A DNA stretch of 63,348 bases, the filler included. It is 3 parts of 3 records of this genome, joined end to end, with 100 filler letters (N's around TTAATTAATTAA, not from the genome) between each part and the next. Parts side by side here need not be neighbours in the genome. Positions count along the whole stretch, not along the records: positions 46,484 to 63,348 come from SRR20825006_566; 2 more parts are not named here. The stretch is one strand, 5' to 3'. Every line of letters begins with the position of its first letter. Position 1 is the first letter of the stretch. The notes beneath the pieces were generated by a model. The model had not been told where the DNA came from and ran no database searches. It worked only from the letters and a program-made list of their open reading frames with translations. Below, piece by piece: positions 57,126 to 63,348 of the stretch. A program made the translations under genes and the position numbers.

Positions 57126-58277
57126 TCAAAACGCCAGCTTCGGCACGTCCAGCCAGCGGCGTTCTTCCCAGCTCTTGAGGCCCAATTCGGCCAGCTGCAC
57201 GCCTTTGGCACCGGCTTCCAGCCCATATTCCCACGGCGCGTCTTCGGCGACATGGCGCAGGAACATTTCCCACTGCACCTTGAAGCCATTATCGGCCGGC
57301 CAATTGTCCGGAACCTCTTCCCAGTCGTTGAAGAAGTTCATGGTCTGCGGCTGGTCGGGGTTCCACACCGGCTTGGGGGTGTTGACGCGATGCTGGGTCC
57401 AGCATTTGTGCAGGCCCGCCACGGCCGAGCCATGCGTACCATCGACATGGAAGGTCACCAGATCATCGCGGCGCACGCGGGTGGTCCAGCTCGAATTGAT
57501 CTGGGCGATCACCCCGCCCTCGAGCTCGAACGTGGCATAGGCCGCGTCATCAGTGTCGCATTTGAAAGTGTTGCCCTGCTCATCCACGCGCTGCGGAATA
57601 TGGGTGGCGCCCAGGCACGAAACCGCCTGCACTTCGCCAAACAGATTGTCCAGCACATAGCGCCAGTGGCACAGCATATCGAGGATAATGCCGCCGCCAT
57701 CGTTCTTGCGGTAGTTCCAGCTCGGGCGCTGGGATTTCTGCCAGTCGCCCTCGAATACCCAATAGCCGAATTCGCCGCGCACCGAGAGGATATCGCCGAA
57801 AAAGCCGCTATCCTTGAGCATCTTGATCTTCATCAGGCCCGGCAGGAACAGCTTGTCCTGCACCACGCCATGTTTCAGGCCCGAGGCGCGGGCGGTCTTG
57901 GCCAGATTGACGGCGACTTCGAGGTCGTCCGAGGTCGGCTTTTCGCAATAGACATGCTTGCCGGCAGCCAGGGCCTTCTCCAACAGGCCCGCACGCATCA
58001 GCGTGGTCCCGGCATCAAAGAAGATTGCGTCGTCGGGATTGGCCAGTGCCGCATCCAGATCGTCGCTCCAGCGCGCGATATTGTGCTTCTTGGCGAGCGC
58101 TTCCATCTTGTCGGCATTGCGCCCGACAATGATCGGGTCGACCACCAGCCGGTCGCCGTTTTGCAGCATGATGCCGCCCTGGTCGCGGATCGCCAGGATC
58201 GAGCGCACCATGTGCTGGTTGTAGCCCATGCGCCCGGTGACGCCATGCATGATGATGCCAAGCCGTTGCTCTGCCAT
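57126..58277 (-). CDS. Gfo/Idh/MocA family oxidoreductase
   Basis: HGVTGRMG, GKHVYCEKP, VQDKLFLPG, GGGIILDMLCHW. Confidence 0.92.
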   Translation of the reverse strand: MAEQRLGIIMHGVTGRMGYNQHMVRSILAIRDQGGIMLQNGDRLVVDPIIVGRNADKMEALAKKHNIARWSDDLDAALANPDDAIFFDAGTTLMRAGLLEKALAAGKHVYCEKPTSDDLEVAVNLAKTARASGLKHGVVQDKLFLPGLMKIKMLKDSGFFGDILSVRGEFGYWVFEGDWQKSQRPSWNYRKNDGGGIILDMLCHWRYVLDNLFGEVQAVSCLGATHIPQRVDEQGNTFKCDTDDAAYATFELEGGVIAQINSSWTTRVRRDDLVTFHVDGTHGSAVAGLHKCWTQHRVNTPKPVWNPDQPQTMNFFNDWEEVPDNWPADNGFKVQWEMFLRHVAEDAPWEYGLEAGAKGVQLAELGLKSWEERRWLDVPKLAF

Positions 58278-58307
58278 TCGAATTCCTCCCACGCCGCAGT
58301 ACTTGGT

Positions 58308-58323
58308 GTAACTGATTAGTTAC
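58308..58323. promoter_or_regulatory. Candidate TetR operator 1
   Basis: Perfect 6-4-6 palindrome GTAACT-GATT-AGTTAC about 30 bp upstream of the oxidoreductase start. Confidence 0.65.
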
Positions 58324-58404
58324 TTACCTATATGAGGCCGCTAGGCCGCGTCAAGCGCAACAATGCGAGACGTTGGTCGAATGTCGCTGGGCAAGGGGAG
58401 GGTG

Positions 58405-59151
58405 CTAGAAGCCCAGCACCATCTTGAGCCCGATCAGCCCGAGGAAAATCAGGATCATGCGGTCAAACGCCTTGCGGCTGAGTTTTCCTGCAATGGCCTG
58501 GCCCAGCGGCATGAAAACGAGAATGGGCACCAGCGCCATCACGCCCTCGATCAGCCACTGCCCCTGCATGACCCCAGCCACCGCCAGCGCCGGCAATTGC
58601 ACCACCGCATAGAGCAGGAACATGGTCGAGACGGCAAACACATGCGCGTCCCGCTCCATCGCCATGGCGTGAATGAAGGTCACCCCGATCGGCGCGGAAA
58701 TGCCGGTGGCCCCCTGCAACACGCCCCCGCCCATGCCGAACAGGGGCCCGGCTCGCCGTGCCAGCAGCGGCCCGACCACGAAATGCGGTGCGGCCAGCTT
58801 GAGCACCACATAGCCGATCAGGATCACGCCCAATGTCAGCACCAGCGCCCGCTCCGGCAGGCTGGTCAGCGCCCAGGTGCCCAGGCCAATCCCGATAGCG
58901 CCGCCCACCAGGAACAGTGGCAGAAAGGCCATGCGGTCGTCCCGGGCCGATTTGCGAAACCGCCAGACTTGCCAGGCATTGGTGAAGATCAGCGGCACGC
59001 ACATCAGGCCAACCGCATGCTGCAGACCGAAAAACGTGGTCAGCACCGGCAGCGCCACCAGGGGCAGGCCCATGCCGGTTGCCCCTTTGACGATGGCTCC
59101 GGCGCCCAGCGCCAATGCCATGATCGCCAATCGCCCAAGATCGAATTCCAT
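58405..59151 (-). CDS. TauE/SafE (sulfite exporter / DUF81) family membrane protein
   Basis: GAIVKGATGMG and GGVLQGATGISAP repeated motifs; about 8 TM helices. Confidence 0.87.
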   Translation of the reverse strand: MEFDLGRLAIMALALGAGAIVKGATGMGLPLVALPVLTTFFGLQHAVGLMCVPLIFTNAWQVWRFRKSARDDRMAFLPLFLVGGAIGIGLGTWALTSLPERALVLTLGVILIGYVVLKLAAPHFVVGPLLARRAGPLFGMGGGVLQGATGISAPIGVTFIHAMAMERDAHVFAVSTMFLLYAVVQLPALAVAGVMQGQWLIEGVMALVPILVFMPLGQAIAGKLSRKAFDRMILIFLGLIGLKMVLGF

Positions 59152-59262
59152 ACGTCAGCCCCGGCAGAACGACCCGGTTCGGATCAACCGGCATAGGCTT
59201 GTGTTACCACTCGAACGTCTTGATGCAACGCATTTTCTGTCTCTCAGAGGCAATCGTTTCTG

Positions 59263-59278
59263 CTCACCATTTGGTTAC
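59263..59278. promoter_or_regulatory. Candidate TetR operator 2
   Basis: CTCACC-ATTT-GGTTAC, same 6-4-6 geometry and GTTAC half site as operator 1, in the divergent tauE/tctC gap. Confidence 0.5.
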
Positions 59279-59366
59279 ATATGGCTTGACTCGCCTTGGC
59301 AACGGCCGCAAGCTTGCCGGTGAGAACCAGAAAAACCGGTTCCAATCACATTGGGAGGAGAAGACG

Positions 59367-60404
59367 ATGAAGCAGTCCTTGCGGATCGTCCTGGCGTCGG
59401 GCTGTGCCCTGATGACGCTGGGCGCGGCCACGGCCTTTGCGCAGGAATGGCAACCCGATCGGCCGATCAACCTGATCGTGCCCTGGGGCGCCGGCGGCTC
59501 GACCGATCAGGTCACCCGCGTCACCGCGCCCATTCTGGCCGAGGCCCTGGGTGTCGAAGTCGTTGTGGTCAATCAGCCGGGCGCTTCGGGTGCCATTGGC
59601 ACTCAGGAAGTGCTCAACGCCCCGCGCGACGGCTATACCTGGACCGCCAATGCTATTGCCAACAATGCCACCTATTCGGTGACGGGCCTGCTCGAAGGCA
59701 CCAATATCGATGACTGGCATATCTATCTCTCGGTCGCCAATGTCCCGGTGGTTTCGGTTCCGGCCGACAGCGAATTCACCGATTTCGGGCAATTGCTCGA
59801 AGCGCTGCAGACCCGTGGCGGCGAGATAACCGTTGCGACCGCCGGCGTCACCTCGTCTGGCGGCACGGCCATCGCGGCCCTTTCCGACGCAGCCGATGGC
59901 TTCGACTACAACATGATCACCTATGATGGTGGTGGCCCTGCAGCCATTGCCACCGCTTCTGGCGAGGCCATGGTGACGACCCAGCTCGCTGTCGAGCAGA
60001 CCGAACTGATCCGCGGCGACCGCCTCAGGGCCCTGGCCGTGCTTTCGGACAAGCCCCTTGAGCTCGATGGTGTCGATCCGATCCCGCCGATCACCAATTG
60101 GTTGCCCGACATGCCGTTGGCACCAGACTATTTCGGCATCTTCATTCCGGCCGGCGTGCCCGATGAGGTGATCGCCACAATGGACAAGATCTGGGCAGAA
60201 CAGGTGATGAACTCCGAGGCGATCCAGACCTATGCCGAAACCTTCGGCGCGGTTTTTGCCCCGTCCTACGGCGCCGAGGCCCGGGCCCTGGCCATGCCGG
60301 TGGTCATTCTTGAGGCTTGTTCCTCGGTTGAACGTGGCGAGGCGGTCAACGACCCGTCCACCATCGGCATCGACTGCGAAACCCGCACCGAAGTAGGCAT
60401 GTAA
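59367..60404 (+). CDS. tctC: Tripartite tricarboxylate transporter substrate-binding protein (Bug/TctC)
   Basis: GGAGG RBS, signal peptide, PDRPINLIVPWGAGGSTD, NQPGASGAIG, DGYT, YDGGG. Confidence 0.92.
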   Translation: MKQSLRIVLASGCALMTLGAATAFAQEWQPDRPINLIVPWGAGGSTDQVTRVTAPILAEALGVEVVVVNQPGASGAIGTQEVLNAPRDGYTWTANAIANNATYSVTGLLEGTNIDDWHIYLSVANVPVVSVPADSEFTDFGQLLEALQTRGGEITVATAGVTSSGGTAIAALSDAADGFDYNMITYDGGGPAAIATASGEAMVTTQLAVEQTELIRGDRLRALAVLSDKPLELDGVDPIPPITNWLPDMPLAPDYFGIFIPAGVPDEVIATMDKIWAEQVMNSEAIQTYAETFGAVFAPSYGAEARALAMPVVILEACSSVERGEAVNDPSTIGIDCETRTEVGM

Positions 60405-60437
60405 ACGATCAAACGGTTGGGGTTGCCCGAAAGGTGT

Positions 60438-60543
60438 CACCCCACCCTCGATCCCTCCCCATCAAGGGGAGGGATGCCAAGGACCGCGGCGCAGGTGCCC
60501 ATCGTCTCCCTCCCCCTCGTGGGGAGGGATCAAGGGTGGGGGT
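60438..60543. repeat. RIME/CIR-like long inverted repeat between tctC and tctB
   Basis: CACCCCACCCTCGATCCCTCCCCATCAAGGGGAGGGA ... TCCCTCCCCCTCGTGGGGAGGGATCAAGGGTGGGG. Confidence 0.78.
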
Positions 60544-60591
60544 TCAATATTTCGGCGCCAACCCATTCCTTGATTTGTCCGGTATTTCCCC

Positions 60592-61131
60592 ATGACCACC
60601 GATATCCCCACCCCATCCGACGATGCGCCACCGCCCGGCATGATCAAGGCTGACCTGCTGGCAGGCCTGTTCTTCATTCTGCTCGGCCTGGCGATCTTTT
60701 ATGGTGCCTGGACCATGGACCGGCTCGAAGTGCGCCGCATCCATCCCATGACCGTGCCGGGACTGGTGCCGGGCATGCTGGCCATCGCGCTGACCCTGTG
60801 TGGGACCATCCTCGCCTTCCGTTCGCTCCGCACCCCGGCGGCCGGGGGCTGGCAGCAATTGTCCGGCGCCGTGCTGTCGAGCGCTGCGGCGCGCGCCGCC
60901 ACGGTCATGCTGCTGGCGCTGATCTATACACTTGGCCTTGTCGGCACCCTGCCCTTCTGGGCGGCCACGGGCCTTTTCGTCTTTGCCTTCATCATGGTGT
61001 TTGAATGCTGGCTCTCCGAACCGCGCAAGCCCTGGCTCAAATCCCTGCTCTGGGCCTCGGGCCTGGCGGTGGTGACCGCGACCGTGGTGACGCTGGTGTT
61101 CGAACGCGCCTTCCTCGTGCGGCTGCCATAG
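60592..61131 (+). CDS. tctB: Tripartite tricarboxylate transporter small membrane subunit
   Basis: PGLVP motif, hydrophobic helices, C-terminal FERAFLVRLP. Confidence 0.87.
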   Translation: MTTDIPTPSDDAPPPGMIKADLLAGLFFILLGLAIFYGAWTMDRLEVRRIHPMTVPGLVPGMLAIALTLCGTILAFRSLRTPAAGGWQQLSGAVLSSAAARAATVMLLALIYTLGLVGTLPFWAATGLFVFAFIMVFECWLSEPRKPWLKSLLWASGLAVVTATVVTLVFERAFLVRLP

Positions 61132-61143
61132 GAGAGCGCGACC

Positions 61144-62670
61144 ATGTTTGACGGACTTCTGATGCTGGGCGGCGGGCTCGCCCATTTCTTCACCCCGGTC
61201 TCCCTGTTCAACATCGCCTGGGCCACCCTGCTGGGCATTGTCATCGGTGCCCTGCCCGGCCTCACCGCCACCATGGGCGTGGCCCTGCTGGTGACACTCA
61301 CCTACAAGATGGCGCCCGACCAGGCGATCCTCTGCCTGATGTGCCTGTATTGCGGCGCCATCTATGGCGGCAGCCGCACGGCCATTCTGCTCTCCATTCC
61401 CGGCACGCCGGCCAGCGCCGCCACTACGCTCGACGGGCATCCGCTGGCCCTGCAGGGCAAGGCCGGCACCGCCATGGGCCTGGCCACCACCTCTTCGGCC
61501 CTGGGCACCATTGTTGGCATCATCGCCCTGGCGCTGATCGCCCCGCTTTTGGCGGAAGCCGCACTGAAATTCGGCACCTATGAATTTTTCTGGCTGGCGC
61601 TGTTCGGCGTCATCATTTCGGGCCAGCTGACCGCCATTGATGATCCGCTCAAGGGCTATATTGCCGGCATATTGGGGCTGCTCGTGGCCATGGTGGGCAT
61701 GGAGACCCTGCATGCCCACCAGCGCTTCACTTTCGGCATATCGGCGCTGGGCGGCGGCGTTGATCTGATCCCGGCCATGGTCGGCGCCTTCGGTTTTGCC
61801 GAAATTCTCGGCGTGATGAAGCGCACCGCCCAGGCCCGCATCATTTCCTCCGGCGACCGGGTGATCCCGCGTTTCTCCGAGGTCTTCCAATATAAGTGGA
61901 CCACCGTTCGCTCGGGCCTGATCGGCACCTTTGTCGGTATCGTGCCGGGGGTGGGTGAAGATGTGGGCGCATGGGCCAGCTATGCGGCGGCCAAGCGGGT
62001 CAGCAAGGAAAAGCACATGTTCGGCAAGGGCAGCCAGGAGGGGCTGATCGCGGCCGAAACCGGCAATTCCGCCGTCATTCCCGGCGCCATGATCCCAACG
62101 CTCACCCTGGCCTTGCCCGGTTCGGCAGCAGCAGCCGTGCTGATCGCGGCCATGTTCATTCATGGTATCCGCCCCGGCCCGCTGCTGATGACCGAGAACC
62201 CTGAGTTCCTCTACCAGATCGTGGCGATCCTGCTGTTCTCCACCATCGCCATGCTGATCTTCGGACTGACCCTCACCCGGCCGCTCCTCACCGTGCTGCA
62301 GGTGCCGCGCGAGCGGCTGATGGCGGTGGTCTATGTGCTCTGCGTGGTCGGCAGCTTTGCCATCACCCAGCGCATGTTCGATGTCTATGTCATGGTCGGT
62401 TTCGGCATTATCGGGTTCATCCTGCGCGAGATGAAGTACCCAATGGCCCCTCTGGTGCTGGGCATCATCCTGGGGGATTTGCTCGATCTCAACCTGCGGC
62501 GCGGATTGCTGCTGACCAATGGCGATCCGAGCCCGTTCTTTACCCGGCCCATCTCTGCTGTTATCTGCGTCATCATCATCCTGACCATCCTCATGTCCAT
62601 TCCGGCGGTGTCCACTCGTGTCCGATCCATCTTCACCCGCGGTCGTGGAGACGCCTCGGCGCAAGGCTGA
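61144..62670 (+). CDS. tctA: Tripartite tricarboxylate transporter large permease
   Basis: GALPGLTATM, YGGS, IPGTPAS, AAETGNSA, IPTLTLALPG, GIRPGP. Confidence 0.94.
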   Translation: MFDGLLMLGGGLAHFFTPVSLFNIAWATLLGIVIGALPGLTATMGVALLVTLTYKMAPDQAILCLMCLYCGAIYGGSRTAILLSIPGTPASAATTLDGHPLALQGKAGTAMGLATTSSALGTIVGIIALALIAPLLAEAALKFGTYEFFWLALFGVIISGQLTAIDDPLKGYIAGILGLLVAMVGMETLHAHQRFTFGISALGGGVDLIPAMVGAFGFAEILGVMKRTAQARIISSGDRVIPRFSEVFQYKWTTVRSGLIGTFVGIVPGVGEDVGAWASYAAAKRVSKEKHMFGKGSQEGLIAAETGNSAVIPGAMIPTLTLALPGSAAAAVLIAAMFIHGIRPGPLLMTENPEFLYQIVAILLFSTIAMLIFGLTLTRPLLTVLQVPRERLMAVVYVLCVVGSFAITQRMFDVYVMVGFGIIGFILREMKYPMAPLVLGIILGDLLDLNLRRGLLLTNGDPSPFFTRPISAVICVIIILTILMSIPAVSTRVRSIFTRGRGDASAQG

Positions 62671-63307
62671 GGCGCCAAAGCGGCCCCGCAATTCGGCCAA
62701 GACCAAGGCTTCCATCCTCGCCGCCGCGCGGGTGGAATTTGCCGATCGGGGCTTTGAAGGGGCGCGGGTGGATGCGATTGCCGACCGGGCAGGGGCCAAT
62801 AAGCGCCTGCTCTATCATTATTTCGGCAATAAGGAGGAGCTGTACCGGGCGGTGCTGCTCGACGCCTATCAGGAAATCCGCAAGGGCGAGCGGGCGTTAT
62901 CGCTCGATCAATATGACCCGGTGCAGGCCATGGACCGGCTGGTGCGCTTCACCTTCCGGCATTTTCTGGCCAATCCCTGGTTTCCGCGCCTCCTGGGCAC
63001 GGAAAACATCGAAAACGCGCGGTTTTTGAAGACCATGCCTGATATCAAGGCGCTGCATTCCCCCCTGGTCGGGCAGATCGCCGCCATCATCGAGCGCGGC
63101 GCCGCCACCGGCGTGTTCCGCCGTGATGTCGATCCGGTGCAGCTCTATATTTCAGTAGCCGCGCTGGGCTTTTTCTACGTCTCCAACACTGCGACGCTCT
63201 CGGTGATCTTCGAGCGCGACCTGACCAGCGTCAACATGGTGCAGGAGCGCGAAGCCCATGCGGTGCAGATGGTGCTGGATTTCCTGCGGACCAAGCCGGG
63301 TAGCTGA
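62618..63307 (+). CDS. TetR-family regulator (RutR/NicS-like)
   Basis: ILAAARVEFADRGFEGARVDAIA..AGANKRLLYHYFGNKEELY HTH; GVFRRDVDPVQLYIS C-terminal motif. Confidence 0.92.
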   Translation: MSDPSSPAVVETPRRKAEAPKRPRNSAKTKASILAAARVEFADRGFEGARVDAIADRAGANKRLLYHYFGNKEELYRAVLLDAYQEIRKGERALSLDQYDPVQAMDRLVRFTFRHFLANPWFPRLLGTENIENARFLKTMPDIKALHSPLVGQIAAIIERGAATGVFRRDVDPVQLYISVAALGFFYVSNTATLSVIFERDLTSVNMVQEREAHAVQMVLDFLRTKPGS

Positions 63308-63316
63308 GACCACGTT

Positions 63317-63348
63317 CCTTCCCTTCTCCCCTGAGGGGAGAAGGTGGC
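63317..63348. repeat. Truncated RIME/CIR-like repeat at the window end
   Basis: CCCTTCTCCCCTGAGGGGAGAAGGTGGC matches the reverse complement of the 56970-56996 arm. Confidence 0.7.

Noticed and set aside
56942-57289. N-terminal extension of the 505-aa ORF 55772-57289
   Set aside because: The extension reads through the palindromic repeat and overlaps the Gfo gene; the DUF993-like sequence begins at MPTINL (56941).

Overview
The window is not one locus. It is three contigs joined by two artificial 100-nt spacers (N-run + TTAATTAATTAA + N-run, at 26276-26375 and 46384-46483), and the contigs look like different organisms. Contig A (1-26275) looks gammaproteobacterial, Alcanivorax-like by inference. 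It carries a Liv-type ABC plus acyl-CoA ligase operon, a divergent Zur zinc-starvation island centred on a perfect 18-bp Zur box (dksA2-zigA-DUF1826-zur-merC-like-zrgABCD-like one way; small ORF-gamma carbonic anhydrase-pyrC2 the other), a lipase/foldase/TetR locus, an MFS pump with a SoxR-type promoter, and a candidate orphan sRNA with a GacA-like box. Contig B (26376-46383) is alphaproteobacterial, Rhodospirillales-like by inference. Between partial metH and a partial methylmalonyl-CoA mutase gene lies an unusual surface-glycan cluster: a reversed-order HldE-like enzyme, two DegT aminotransferases, a radical SAM protein, a cysteine-depleted NifU-like protein, a TPP E1 alpha/beta pair, a GNAT, a flippase-like protein, two TIGR04372-like glycosyltransferases, an ArnT/PMT-like transferase, and an AT-rich fatty acyl-AMP ligase-ACP-SGNH fusion. 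This is the best candidate for an undescribed system. Contig C (46484-63348) is Rhizobiales, Devosia-like by inference: glnD-murJ-trpS-usp-nfu housekeeping genes, a DUF993/Gfo/isomerase catabolic cluster with a tripartite tricarboxylate transporter and a TetR with two candidate operators, and several palindromic intergenic repeats. No rRNA, tRNA, CRISPR array, integrase or transposase was seen. All family calls come from motif recognition by eye, not database searches.
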